A DNA stretch of 64,000 nt from Macrostomum lignano. Lineage: Eukaryota. Both the position numbers and the translations under genes were made by a program. This document shows positions 1 through 13,543 of this stretch, in pieces. How positions within the stretch are numbered: position 1 is the stretch's first letter; each line of letters opens with the position of its first letter. Under the pieces are notes generated by a model, which was given only the letters and a program-made list of their open reading frames with translations, made no database searches and had not been told where the DNA came from. Where the stretch lies: NCBI GenBank assembly GCA_002269645.1, contig NIVC01000516.1, forward strand, positions 454,892 to 518,891, given 5' to 3'.

Positions 1-1182
1 ATTTTGAGCAGGTCGAGGCTCTTCCAGCCTGTGTATCGATCTCAGTAAACGGAGTTGTTGCCCTGAAGCCGCAAGAGAGGGAGGGCCCTTGGCAACAAGA
101 GAACGGGGGTGTCGAGATCTAGAATAGAGAGCGGTTTGAAGAGAATGGATTACGGACAATTCCTCCCAACTTCAATTGTGCTTCGCAACTCGAGTGCCGA
201 GATTAGCTGCTGTACTATTAAAATTGTCTTTTAAAATTTCTTCTTTTTCTCTTTTGCAATCTACGACTGTAGCTATTCAAAGCCTCAGCCGAACATCAGT
301 GCAAACTCAAGCGGAAAATTTCCCGACTGGCAGTTTTCCCGGCTTAGGGAATTTCCCACACCCGAAGCTGCAGTGGTCCTCGTGCAATGCCTGCCCGTCC
401 GCTAGCGGGTCCCTCCAAGTTAATTGGCATGCGAATTTCAACCGATGGAGCGAGAGAGTCTTCGAATAGATGACAATGCAGCAGCTCACTTATTATCGAT
501 AGATGGATCTCTATGTTGCCAAGGAGGGATTGGAGAAAGAGCGAGTCTGTATATCTGGACTCGAGGAAGATTGGCTTGGCGGCTCCAAGTGCCTGCTTCA
601 ATTGCTCAAGAACAAATTAGAAGGGCGGTCCAGATCCCACCGACCGATAGGCAAAGAAAACGGTAATTCGCCGGTGTTCAAGCAGGACTCATTTAAACAA
701 ATGCTAATGCAAGCAAAACGATTTGCATTTAAACTAGGACTCAGCTTCAAGAGAATCGTTTTGTGCTGACTTTGCTTAAACATCCTTTCATGTTGTCACA
801 GACTACGGAAGCAATATTTGAAAAAGTTTTTTTTAATGATATGATGTTGAGAATTTAAAATTTTTATCTAAATATATCATCCATAATGCACTTATCATAA
901 TTTACGTAATTTACGTTCAGTAAAAATTATTTTTATCGTTTCTATCTTAATAAGATAACTAAAAATAATAAAATAGTCTTAACGATGTTTCATTTAATCA
1001 AAACTTGCACATAGCTGGTTGTATTTTTATACTAGGACCCATTATTGCCACATTTCACTATATGCATTTACTTTGAACTATTTTGGGAAATCTATTTTTT
1101 TATTGAAATGCTTAAACAAAAAGTGCTTCGAAACGTAACTTTAAAAGACAGAAGACAGAGTAGCCAGTTGTACTTGTCTCAC

Positions 1183-1933
1183 CTGACACCGCGGCGATGG
1201 ACCCGACAATGAACCCCGGCCCGCTCTTCGGTACGATGTCGCCATACCCGACCGTGGTCAGCGTGACGATGCTCCACCAGAAGGCGTGCGGAATGTCGCT
1301 GAATGTCTCCGTCTGCTTGTACTCGGCCATGTACACCATGGAGCTGAACAGGAACATGCCGTTCATCAGCAGGAAGCCCAGCAGAACCAGCTCCGGGATG
1401 GACTTCTTCACCGTCAGCATCAGCACCCGGAGGCCTCGGCTGATCTTGCTGATCTTGAACACCCGCAGGATGCGCAGCGCCTGTGACATTGACAGAACGT
1501 TGAGCCACCAGAGACTCACCTGGGTCGCTCCATCATCCGTCCGCTGCTGCAACACGGTGGTGTCCGGCTGGTAATAGTAAAAAAAGAACAGTGACACGTA
1601 GATCCAGTAGGAGCCCAGGATGATGATGTCCATGATGGAGATCGGGGATCGGAGGAACTTCTTCTTGTCTGGGGCGACAACCAGCTTGGTGAAGAACTCA
1701 AAGGTGAACACGGCGTTCAGGGTGATGTCGACAATCACCAGGCCTTGCAGCGGCTCGGTCTCGCAGTCCTTGCGTACTTTTGGATTCGAGGAACGCAGCT
1801 CGTCGCTGCAGACACCTGTCGTGGTGTTGCTCCAGAACACTTTGAAGCTGGGAGCACGGAAGGCCAGGTGTGTCTGCAGGCAGTAGCACATCACGCTGCA
1901 GATCATCAGCAGTAGCAGCAGCATCGCCCACAG
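1183..1933 (-). CDS. Shaw: Shaw/Kv3-type voltage-gated K+ channel, exon encoding S1-S5 and pore
   Basis: Acceptor ttccag|CTG at 1933 and donor G|gtgag at 1183. Translation has S4 (LRILRVFKISK), S5 and pore FWWSIVTLTTVGYGDIVP. Phase 0 joins the T1 exon. The S6 exon is not in the window. Confidence 0.93.
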
Positions 1934-1985
1934 CTGGAAGTGCGGAGTTTTGTTGCAGCTTTCAGATTCTGCTACTTTGATGGCC

Positions 1986-3545
1986 CCTCTGCCCCTTCAG
2001 TCCTTGAGAATCTGCCTCTCTGCCCCTTCAGTCCTTGAGAATCTGCCTCTCTGCCCCTTCAGTCCTTGAGAATCTGCCTCTCTGCCCCTTCAGTCCTTGA
2101 GAATCTGCCTCTCTGCCCCTTTAGTCCTTGAGAATCTGCCTCTCTGCCCCTTCAGTCCTTGAGAATCTGCCTCTCTGCCCCTTCAGTCCTTGAGAATCTG
2201 CCTCTCTGCCCCTTTAGTCCTTGAGAATCTGCCTCCTGCCCCTTCAGTCCTTGAGAATCTGCCTCCTGCCCCTTCAGTCCTTGAGAATCTGCCTCTCTGC
2301 CCCTTTAGTCCTTGAGAATCTGCCTCTCTGCCCCTTCAGTCCTTGAGAATCTGCCTCTCTGCCCCTTCAGTCCTTGAGAATCTGCCTCTCTGCCCCTTTA
2401 GTCCTTGAGAATCTGCCTCCTGCCCCTTCAGTCCTTGAGAATCTGCCTCTCTGCCCCTTCAGTCCTTGAGAATCTGCCTCTCTGCCCCTTCAGTCCAGAG
2501 GGGGTTGCAGCCTAGTGGTCAGAGCGTCGGACTCACGACTTGAAGGTCGGGGGTTCGATTCTTGACTCACTCGGAAAAATTTGTGTCCTTGAGCAAGACA
2601 CTTAACTCTGCATTGCTTCAGTTAACCCAGCTGTAAAATGGGTGCCAGCATTAGCTGAGGGGTAATTGAGGGTGTGTGTGGCGACCCCCCCCCCCAGTCC
2701 TTTGACTGAACAGCCGTACGCAACCTTCAGATGCGCCGCGCAATAGCTGCGGCTGAGCTGTCGGTTGCACATTTGCCCATTGGGGCAGGTGTAATAAATT
2801 ATTAATATCATTAGTCCTTGAAAATCTGTCTTGTCACTCCCTCAGTCTTTGAGAATCTGCCTCTCTGTCCCCTCAGTCCTTGAGAATCTGCCTCTCTGTC
2901 CCCTCAGTCCTTGAGAATCTGCCTCTCTGTCCCCTCAGTCCTTGAGAATCTGCCTCTCTGTCCCCTCAGTCTTTGAGAATCTGCCTCTCTGTCCCCTCAG
3001 TCCTTGAGAATCTGCCTCTCTGTCCCCTCAGTCCTTGAGAATCTGCCTCTCTGTCCCCTCAGTCTTTGAGAATCTGCCTCTCTGTCCCCTCAGTCCTTGA
3101 GAATCTGCCTCTCTGTCCCCTCAGTCTTTGAGAATCTGCCTCTCTGTCCCCTCAGTCCTTGAGAATCTGCCTCTCTGTCCCCTCAGTCCTTGAGAATCTG
3201 CCTCTCTGCCCCCTCAGTCCTTAAGAATCTGCCTCTCTGCCCCCTCAGTCCTTAAGAATCTGCCTCTCTGCCCCCTCAGTCCTTAAGAATCTGCCTCTCT
3301 GCCCCCTCAGTCCTTAAGAATCTGCCTCTCTGCCCCCTCAGTCCTTAAGAATCTGCCTCTCTGCCCCCTCAGTCCTTAAGAATCTGCCTCTCTGCCCCCT
3401 CAGTCCTTAAGAATCTGCCTCTCTGCCCCCTCAGTCCTTAAGAATCTGCCTCTCTGCCCCCTCAGTCCTTAAGAATCTGCCTCTCTGCCCCCTCAGTCCT
3501 TAAGAATCTGCCTCTCTGCCCCCTCAGTCCTTAAGAATCTGTCTC
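1986..3545. repeat. 31-bp minisatellite split by the SINE
   Basis: Unit ctctgccccttcagtccttgagaatctgcct. Confidence 0.95.
2497..2812 (+). mobile_element. tRNA-derived SINE, full length, inserted in a minisatellite
   Basis: A box (gcctagtgg) and B box (ggttcgattc), central gtgtccttgagcaagacacttaac...cccagctgtaaaatgggt domain, AT-rich tail, agtcc duplicated on both sides. Two further copies in the window. Confidence 0.85.
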
Positions 3546-5464
3546 TGCGTTCTCTCCACGCATGAATGCCCCCAATTTATCAAACTCGCCAGGACAATTG
3601 AATACAATATTTGCATAATTCGAACCCAAAACCATATATTTTTGGACCGGTTTCCTCGCGGAAAATGCACGATTTTGAGAATTCAAACGACACAGATTGG
3701 CAATGAAAGGATCTCAACATCGCCGAGTGTCTGAGAGCCAATCAGGCCGAATCGGATTTTGGTCGTGTGAGCCCAGCTTCTTAGATGCAAACATTTGCGC
3801 CCGGCTTGGGAAGCCTTGGGGAATCAGACCCGACAAGGGTAACAGGGGGCTTTCTCCCGTCTCCCCTCTCCCTCTCCCCGAGGTTGTGTTCTCTTTCAGC
3901 AGATTTCAAGCCGACCAGGGCAAGCGTGCTAAGAATTATGACAGAAACTGAGGACGAGCTGCTTGAGCACCCGGAGGCCGCGGGGCTGAGAGGCTTCAAG
4001 CAGACATGCGGCTTTGCCCTCCCAGCCGTCAGCTGAGCACACCCCACACTCTAGCCAGGAGGGCCGAGTGCAGAGCAGATAGTAGGAGTATGAGACTTTT
4101 TGTCTAGAAGATACAAGAAAAACGGAATGAGCTCTCCGGAATTGAGGGGTGAACTAGGCTATAATACGAGCTAATACTGCCCGCCCGCCTTCCTGGTCTC
4201 TCCCAGAGAGTTGACAGCCTCTTCACTCGCCTACTTATCTCGTCATTTTTTTCAAATTTTTAAGCACTTAACTCATAGGGTGTGAAATATTGCAGTGTGT
4301 TAAAATAAAATATTGACAGATATTATGCAGCGTCATATTTTAATCATTAAAATGGAGCAGGGTCACGCATGCAGGTACTATAATTGGAAGGATGAGTCTG
4401 GCAGTGAGAGACAGGTGCGATGAACAAGCCTCCCCCATGCAATGTCACTTTTACTTAGCTCAGCTATTCCCATTCTGACAAATAAATGAGGAAGCCTCTG
4501 TTTTTAGCTGACGTGAGCAGGCAGACAGGCGCTTACTAGCTGGTTGTAAGAATAGAAAATCCACCAGCCATTGAATGAGCGAGAGAGAGAGAGAGAGGGG
4601 GGAGCAAGAGGGCTCTTGCCAATCTCTCTTTTTTGGGAAAGACGCCAAAGCCGATTGATGCATCTGGCAGTAGATCGGGGGGGGGGAATGGAGGCAGCGG
4701 ACAGGCAGGCAGAGATAGGGAGAGTCGAGAGCGCCCTTGGGGACCAAAAGACAAGGACGGGCAGCCCGCAGCCGTAGGCGAGACTCCGTCCCATCCTCAT
4801 TAGCTTATTGGGGTGCCTGAGCTGGGAGAATTTGCATAATTTCGCCAATGATTCGCTCGCCCCCCCCCCCCTAACTCTAAAGCCAGAAACCACTTGACCA
4901 GTGAGGACCTACCAACTGGTCCCGGCCTTTTCTTGCTAACTTTCTCTCCTTTGTTTGAAGGACATCTACCGAGCTGTCCTCCTCTCCCCCGATTCTGCCA
5001 ATGAAAGAGAAGAAAAGGACTCGGCAGCTCAATCGCTTGGATGACCGGCCAGTGATTGATTGCCACCGTCTGTCCTTAGCCGCCGCACTTGCCCCCAGCT
5101 TCCATTCGCTTTAAAGTGACCGCATCCTCTGCATGGGGGGGAGGGCACAGGATTGAGGCTTCACTGAGTCCGTCTTGGCCGGACTCTCCCCTCCGTTCAA
5201 CTTGAGATCAGACAAGAAGCAGAGACAAGAAATATAGAAGTTGGAGCAAAAGCCTCTGAGCGAATCCGGCTTTTCTGACCTCATTAGCCAATTTCACTTG
5301 CCACTGGGACACACTTGATGCTGGGGTCTCTTCATCAACTCTGCCCTTCAACTGCTGTGGGTGGGCCTTATTGATTCAGCCTTCCCTTAAGGCATTTTAT
5401 TTCTATTCTGACTTGACTTATCTACGCTCGTATCTTTGTCTCGAATCTTTTTCTTGCATGTTAT

Positions 5465-5900
5465 TAAGTCTCAGTCTCTTCATATCAGATCTCAGTCTCT
5501 TCATATCAGATCTCAGTCTCCTCATATCAGATCTCAGTCTCTTCATATCAGATCTCAGTCTCTTCATATCAGATCTCAGTCTCTTCATATCAAATCTCAG
5601 TCTCTTCATATAAGATCTCAGTCTCTTCATATCAGATCTCAGTCTCTTCATATCAGATCTCAGTCTCCTCATATCAGATCTCAGTCTCTTCATATCAGAT
5701 CTCAGTCTCTTCATATCAGATCTCAGTCTCTTCATATCAAATCTCAGTCTCTTCATATCAAATCTCAGTCTCTTCATATCAGATCTCAGTCTCTTCATAT
5801 CAGATCTCAGTCTCTTCATATCAAAACTCAGTCTGTTCATATCAAATCTGTTTCTTCATATCAAATCTCAGTTTCTTCATATCAAATCTCAGTCCCTTCA
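5465..5900. repeat. 21-bp minisatellite
   Basis: Unit tctcagtctcttcatatcaga. Confidence 0.95.
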
Positions 5901-6679
5901 TCTCTGCACTGCATAGGTTTATTTCAATTTTTCTAATCTCACATTCGTTAATCTCTGATCCCCTGTCCATCAGTCCAAAATAAAGTGGAGCGAATCCCCA
6001 GACGGGTGACAATTAGCATAACTAACAAGGATGTGCGCCGACCATTGAACTAGAAAAGTCATTTCAGATTGGAGTTGCAGCAGACACCAGCGGCCAACCA
6101 CTTTGTAGGCCTTCCTTTCTCCCTGTTGCAAAACTCCCCAACTTGCTCAACGCATCAGCAACGACTGCCCCAAGTCTCCATACGTATATATATATACATA
6201 AACATATACATTAGGTGCAGAGTCAGAAAAGGAAGCTCAATTGTGAGGCTGGAGAGAGCCAGAAGCATAATCGGCAAAGAATGGGTGCCCAAGTGGGGTT
6301 ATTTTTTACTACGGTAAGGCGCTGCAGCGCTCTCAGTGTGTTGGGAACTTAAGAAAGGATGAAGGATTAGTGGCAGAGAGACGGGAGGCTGGGCATGCAA
6401 GCAAATAACACTGCGCCCCCTGTGCATAGCAGAGTTCTGTTGCACACGCAGCAGATGTGCTTCAGCACGCAAACACGGATTGGAGAATGGAAAAAGAAGA
6501 AAAATAAAAATGGTTGGGTGAAGCCGCGATTCTGCGTGCGAGAGCACGCACTGGAGGAGCACAAAAGCCGGGGCAGGACTGAAGGATGCTGGGGCGCACG
6601 GAGAGAGAAGTGCTGGGGGGATGCTCCATCCATCACCAACAGGGGCGCCACAGCCTTGGCCCGCTGTGTGCGCATGGCT

Positions 6680-7430
6680 CCTGTGCTTTCTGCCCTGCTT
6701 TCCGTGTGTCTGCCCTGCTTTCCGTGTGTATGCCCTGCTTTCCGTGTGTCTGCCTTGCTTTCCGTGTGTCTGCCCTGCTTTCCGTGTGTCTGCCCTGCTT
6801 TCCGTGTGTCTGCCTTGCTTTCTGTGCATCTGCCTTGCTTTCTGTGTGTCTGTCTAGCCTTCGTGTGTCTGCCTTGCTTTCCGTGTGTCTGCCTTGCTTT
6901 CCGTGTGTCTGCCTTGCTTTCCGTGTGTCTGCCTTGCTTTCTGTATCTGTCTAGCCTTCGTGTGTCTGCCTTGCTTTCCGTGTGTCTGTCTAGCCTTCAT
7001 GTGCCTGCCTTGATTTCTGTGTGTCTGCCTTGATTTCCGTGTGTCTGCCTTGCTTTCCGTGTGTCTGCCTTGCTTTCTGTGTGTCTGCCTTGCTTTCTGT
7101 GTGTCTGCCTTGCTTTCTGTGTGTCTGCCCTGCTTTCCGTGTGTCTGCCTTGCTTTCTGTGTCTGTCTAGCTTTCATGTGCCTGCCTTGATTTCTGTGTG
7201 TCTGTCTTGATTTCCGTGTGTCTGCCTTGCTTTCCGTGTGTCTGCCTTGCTTTCTGTGTCTGTCTAGCCTTCATGTGCCTGCCTTGATTTCTGTGTGTCT
7301 GCCTTGATTTCCGTGTGTCTGCCTTGCTTTCCGTGTGTCTGCCTTGCTTTCTGTGTCTGTCTAGCCTTCATGTGCCTGCCTTGATTTCTGTGTGTCTGCC
7401 CTGCTTTCTGTGTGTCTGCCTTGCTGTCTG
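6680..7430. repeat. 20-bp minisatellite
   Basis: Unit tgtgtctgccttgctttccg and variants. Confidence 0.95.
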
Positions 7431-8433
7431 ACTGTCTTAGTGTCTTAGCATCTTGTCTTCTCAGTGGGAGTGCCTTGGCGTTTAAGTGTCTTAGGGTGGT
7501 ATTTTCTTGGTTATTATGTACGAGCGCGCATTTGTCTTCCTGCCTGCTGTCTGCCGCGCCTTTGATCAATCAAAGTGCATCCAATCAAGCGGCGGGCGAA
7601 ACAGAACTACTGGGGAAAAATCGCCGCTCTTTGATTCGGATTTCTCCCAATCGGTGACGGGCGATGAAGCTTCAACCGTCGGCCGGTTATTTCCAGGCTC
7701 CGCTTCTCCGCTCCTTACAGGAACTGACAGATTCAAGAGCTCGCTGACCCAACTCTCAGGTCTGTTTCTGTTGCTACCAGAAGGAGGTTGCACTAAAGGA
7801 GAAGAGAGAGGGTAGCCAGGGGAGGGGGTTGAGCAGGGAAAATTGAACGAGCGCCGACTACAAAGGAAAGTGTGTCTTCTCAAAGCTGCCCAACTATAAA
7901 CTAATCAAATCACAGTTGGCCAAGAAAGATTTTGGCAGCTTTTGGAACCGGACCCTGAGAGGAGGCGGTGCAGTTTAATCAATGGAAACTTCTGGAGCTG
8001 CTGGAGAGTGGGGGGGGGGGCAACAGTCAGTTAAAAGTGCGCTGAAATCTCTGGATAACTGGTTTATATGAGCGTACATGTTTTCGATTATATTTTCTAC
8101 AATATGATGAGGCACTCGTAAGCAGCTTAAAAATTGTATTCGATTTGATGTAGTCAGGAAAGCTGACTGCACGCCACCCCATCCTCCATCCTAAAAATAT
8201 GGCTCGCATGTCTCGAAAACTCGCGCAGCTTGTAGCAGTTCTGATGAACCAAGCAATGGGGTTGCGTTTTGTTGATTTGGTACAGCTGGGACAGCTCGGC
8301 TATACAGTGTACCTATTGTGCTCGAATGCTGTCTACATTCTATCTAGCACCGCTGCATCTTCGTTCGAGCAGCATCTGCTCAGATTTGTCTCAATGAGTT
8401 AATGAGTTCGTACTCTGTGTCGGGATATCCTTG

Positions 8434-8644
<211 letters not shown>

Positions 8645-11143
8645 TCAGCCCTGTGTCAATTCCTAATAAGACTCCAACGTTGCCAACTGACACAATCATC
8701 TGTCTATTTAGCTGGTGTGCTTGCCCAGGTAAAATGTGAGATCAGGTGAATTTATAAGAAACTTTGATGGATTCGCGATCAGTCAGTCTGGTTGGTGCTT
8801 ACATCTATATGGGATCTAAAATATTTTGCTGTTCTTTTAAACTAAACCACCTCACCAATCAGTCTAATGGTCCTGAGTGTCAATATTTGGACTTGGCTCA
8901 CAGCCTACTCCCCGGCTTGCTCTCCCTCCTCTCTCTGAGCATTCCTGCACTGTTCCAAGACACGTTTGGTTTATTATTGCAATAATCTGCAGTCCATATA
9001 GAAGTGATTTTGCGAGCGTTCATTCAGTACTGGCAGTAGCCGCTTTACTGATGCTAGCATTCCATGCTAGCGGACCAAACTACCCGACCGCATGCAGGCC
9101 TTAAGACCATAATTCTCGTACCCAACCGGGAATGAGCAGCGAAATCCAGGTGATCTGGGGCCAAGCGCCGAAATCTCTGCGATAAAGTAGAGCACGGGGT
9201 TGACAAACTTTAAACCTGCTTTTAGAAGCAGCAGCAGGCAGCCAGAAATTGATCCTTCTCTTCCGCTCCCGGAGAGGCGCGGGGGTGATTTGGAGGGATG
9301 TGGGTGGGGGAGCTGGTAGAGGCTCAAATGGTTGAGCAAACTATACATGGCAGAGGTTTTTAACGATTTTTTTCAGCTGGTGTGCACTAAAACTCTGAGC
9401 TCCCATTGTTGGGCTATTTGCAGGTCAAATAATTGAAGGTAGAAAGAGAAGGGGCATTGTGTGCCAATGCCTGCCACTGTGCCGTGTGTGCCAGCTATGG
9501 GTTTGTACTGTGGGGCGTCGATCGCTTTACGAAATTGAAGGTATAAAATCCAATTATTGAAAACGGTGGATCCCACAATCCTTCACCATTGGTTTGGTCA
9601 CACGCTCGGGGCAACAGCAGAAAGCACCGAAGGCGTAGTCAAATGCTGATTGGACGACAATAGTCACGTGACTGTGGGGGAAGGAATTCTTTTAGAGAGC
9701 AAAACACTCGGACGGTTGCACGCGGCCGCATGTCACGTGACGTTAAATTGGCAGCATAATCACGAGAATAGGAGCTAGTAATGGACCAAAGTCCAAGTCA
9801 TACGACAGCATCCGATCTAAGTCATTCGTTCTTCCCAGAGAAAATCAGTCTTACAATGGTTGCTTGTGAGTCAGTTACATAATGAGTCCGGATATACTAT
9901 GCATCTGTCGCAGGCTGCTATAAATCCTACAAAAAGCCTTATGGCTCATAGCGGTACGGCAGTCCGCTTGACCTGTAATGTCGGTGGCCGTTGATCCGGC
10001 TTTCCGTTCGCGTGCTGAGTTCAAAGCATGGGAAATGGTCGCTACAAACCTAATGCTGAGGAGCAAGCAAGACGTCTTCAAATTATAAAGCCACTAGCTA
10101 TAGGAAAACTGCTGGGGTTTGAGCAGAGATTTATTTGACCAACTGACCAACAAAATAATACTGGACCAGGCTTTCTTGTTCGCTCGCTTCAACCCTGCAG
10201 CTCCTCTCTTTTCTCACCAAACCATAGCATAACTGCCTGGGCCGGAAGCGCAAGTGAAAGAGACGGGGAGTGAGCTGCGCCTACTACCGCCGCCCAGCCC
10301 GACCCAACGCTCTCTCGTGAGGCAAAATCTTCAGTAACGTTCACCCTTCCCTTGCTCTCTGAGCTCCTTCTGCGGCTCTTGGGCCACTTGCTCGCATTCT
10401 TCAGCTCTACGTGACGAGGAAAAGCAAAGAGGAGTGACTGGGCCAGTAGAAGAGGGTGAAAGTGAGAGACCTTCCAGCCCTCAACTCATTATTGGGCACT
10501 ATTCTCAATTTCCCGATATGTAGGGTTGGCAATTAAGGACGCGATTACAATGGAGAATTTAGACCACACATTCATTATTGGTCTGACCTCACTGCGGCTC
10601 CAGTGACAATAGTTGAAATTTTTTAAAAGTACTTCTGAACTGATCAGCTAACTAAACACGGCTTTTACTTTTTTGTGAAAGAAAAAATCTTTTGTTTAAT
10701 TTTCCCAGTTCCTCACTGTTCCCACTGGCTCCGCCCAATGCAATGGGATCAGGGACCGCCGCACTGCCATGAAACTCGGGATTATTGAAGTAGTAAATGT
10801 TCTTTCCGCTACTAAAAACTTGCAACCAGCCTGATTTTGAAACTTTCCGACTTCCTTCTCGTCATGAGTCTCCTCTCAACCTAAAGTGCAATCTTCTATT
10901 AGACCCCTTTACCTGTCACTCCGTCACCTCGAGACCACTGTCAGCTGTCTGTCAGCCTCTGTCAGCACTCAGCACTCTCAGATCCCACCGTAATTCTGCT
11001 AACTACCTGTATGTTTCGAATCTGCAACTTTCTGCAAGCTTAGCTCAATCAGCCTTTCTAAACTTTTTTCTCCAAGGAAATCCAAGAGGCTCTACCGATA
11101 TTTTGTGAAATCGACGCACAAAAACCTTGAGGTTTCTGCTCAC

Positions 11144-11611
11144 CTTGGCCGGCAGGGAGGAAGTAGGATAATCCAGAAACAGCCACATCCGGTAGCGAAG
11201 TCGGCGAAATCCCCTACTGCAGCGCACCAGCGACTGCATCGGCTCGATGTCCTCGAAGCAGTCCTTGAACAGAGTGTTCTTCGTCCGCTTCTCCTCGTCG
11301 AATCGCATGTAGTGCGGCAGGCAGCAGGGCCCGATGCTGGCCTCGTGGATGCCCCAGAAGATGAGCTCCTTGCGCACGAACGGGCCGCAGATATTGGTGG
11401 GCAGATGCAGTTCGCCAGTGCGGTAAAAGTCCAAGATGAAACGAAACACTTCCGGATCTCTGTCGAAATAGTAGGCATCTTTCTGCAGCTCGTCTGCCGC
11501 AATCTGATTGTACAGCCTGGTGTTGGGGAATCTGTACAGGGTGGCCCGACGGGTCACGAAGTTGCAACCGCCAACAGTGATTGTCACGGTGTCAGCTGGG
11601 TTAACCGCCAT
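11144..11611 (-). CDS. Shaw: Shaw/Kv3 channel T1 (BTB) tetramerisation-domain exon
   Basis: YFDRDPEVFRFILDFYRTGELH and the Shaw Zn motif HLPTNICGP...GPCC. Donor AAG|gtgag at 11144. An in-frame acceptor at 11671 may extend the exon upstream of this ATG. Confidence 0.92.
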
Positions 11612-12319
11612 TGAGTGTCTGCGTGTCAATCTGCCGTTGTTTGACTCGGGAGTCACAGTGGCGTCAGGCAGCTTTTAGCAAGTAGTTGACAGACCGCAGC
11701 GAAGACTGGCATTTGGCTTTTTTCTTGTTTCTCGTCAGCTCAGACTCGAACTTGGCTGGCCCTGGTGTTGAAATGAACTGGCGCCAGGCGGGGGGACGAA
11801 AAAGAGGGAAGTTTTTCCCCTTGTTCGAACAGTTTTGGGCGCCGCGGGGAGAAGCGCTGTCGGGAAAAGTGGATTGCCAGGAGGGAGCGGCCGGCAGCAA
11901 GTGGCCAAAAGTGCGCTCCAGTCGGCGATGACTGGCAAACTGATTTCTTTTCGGCTCTTCCAATTTTTCAGGTTGTCGTCTTCGTTTTTGTGCGCTCTTC
12001 ACTTCGCGATTGCTGGACTAGGGGGGGGGGGGGGTTCTCGGTGCTTCTCCGCTCTCTCCCCCTCTATCTGCAAAATCCCAACCCGCCAATCCCTTCTGCT
12101 CCGCACACTTCAGGCCCGTCTCACTTTTCCAGTCGCAGTTGCCCTTCCTGCCCCTGTGTTGAGCAGCCCCAAAGCCGCAGAACGGCGGTTTCTGAGTCTC
12201 AGTGGTTGGTTGGCCTGCACTTGTAGATGTCCTCGTGCTCGTTCTAAACCGGGGCCTTTTGTATACGATTTTAAATCGACGAAAAATCGACGCAATGTGT
12301 GTGCATCTTTGAAGAGTTC

Positions 12320-13410
12320 TCTAATCTCTAATCACAGTTCTCTAATCTCTAATAACAAATTTCTAATCACAGATCTCTAATCACAGATCTCTAATTTCTT
12401 ATCACAGATCTCTAATCACAGATCTCTAATCACAGATCTCTAATTTCTTATCACAGATCTCTAATCACAGATCTCTAATCACAGATCTCTAATTTCTTAT
12501 CACAGATCTCTAATCACATATCTCTAATCACAGATCTCTAATCACAGATCTCTAATCACAGATCTCTAATCACAGATCTCTAATTTCTTATCACAGATCT
12601 CTAATCACAGATCTCTAATCACAGATCTCTAATTTCTTATCACAGATCTCTAATCACATATCTCTAATCACAGATCTCTAATCACAGATCTCTAATCACA
12701 GATCTCTAATCACAGATCTCTAATCACAGATCTCTAATCACAGATCTCTAATCACAGATCTCTAATCACAGATCTCCAATCACAGATCTCTAATCTCTAA
12801 TCACAGATCTCTAATCACAGATCTCTAATCACAGATCTCTAATCACAGATCTCCAATCACAGATCTCTAATCTCTAATCACAGATCTCTAATCACATATC
12901 TCTAATTTCTTATCACAGATCTCTAATCACATATCTCTAATTTCTAATCACAGATCTCTAATCACAGATCTCTAATTTCTTATCACAGATCTCTAATCAC
13001 ATATCTCTAATCTCTAATCACAGATCTCTAATCTCTAATCACAAATTTCTAATCACAAATCTCTAATTTCTAATCACAGATCTCTAATCACATATCTCTA
13101 ATCTCTAATCACAGATCTCTAATCACAGATCTCTAATCACAGATCTCTAATCACAGATCTTTAAACAGATCTCTAATCACAGATCTCTAATCACAGATCT
13201 TTAAACAGATCTCTAATCACAGATCTCTAATCACAGATCTTTAAACAGATCTCTAATCACAGATCTCTAATCACAGATCTTTAAACAGATCTCTAATCAC
13301 AAATCTCTAATCTTTAATCACAGATCTCTAATCACAGATCTCTAATTTCTAATCACAGATCTCTAATCTCTAATCACAGATCTCTAATCTCTAAGCAAAG
13401 ATCTCTAATA
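12320..13410. repeat. 14-bp minisatellite with 7-bp subunits
   Basis: Unit tctctaatcacaga. Confidence 0.95.
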
Positions 13411-13415
13411 TCTAA

Positions 13416-13543
13416 CGGGCAGATGTGCAACCGACAGCTCAGCTTGCTCAATGACATTAACTGTTCCGAGTGGATCGGGAATCGAACCCCCGACCTTTCA
13501 GTCATGAGTCCGACGCTCTCACCACTAGGCTACAACCCCTCTG
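13416..13543 (-). mobile_element. Same SINE, internally deleted copy
   Basis: tRNA head plus ttgagcaag joined directly to the 3' segment ctgagctgtcggttgcacat. Confidence 0.8.

Noticed and set aside
424-666. IDGS...GG.G motif suggestive of RNase H or a retroelement remnant
   Set aside because: Only a few matching residues, with no other catalytic motif or adjacent RT in frame.
1-1182. Kv channel appears to lack S6 (pseudogene?)
   Set aside because: The pore exon ends at a clean phase-1 donor. I found no S6 in 1-1182, so the exon most likely lies left of the window.
2499-2575. Possible tRNA gene (also 13470-13543)
   Set aside because: Acceptor and anticodon stems pair poorly, and the sequence continues into a shared SINE body.
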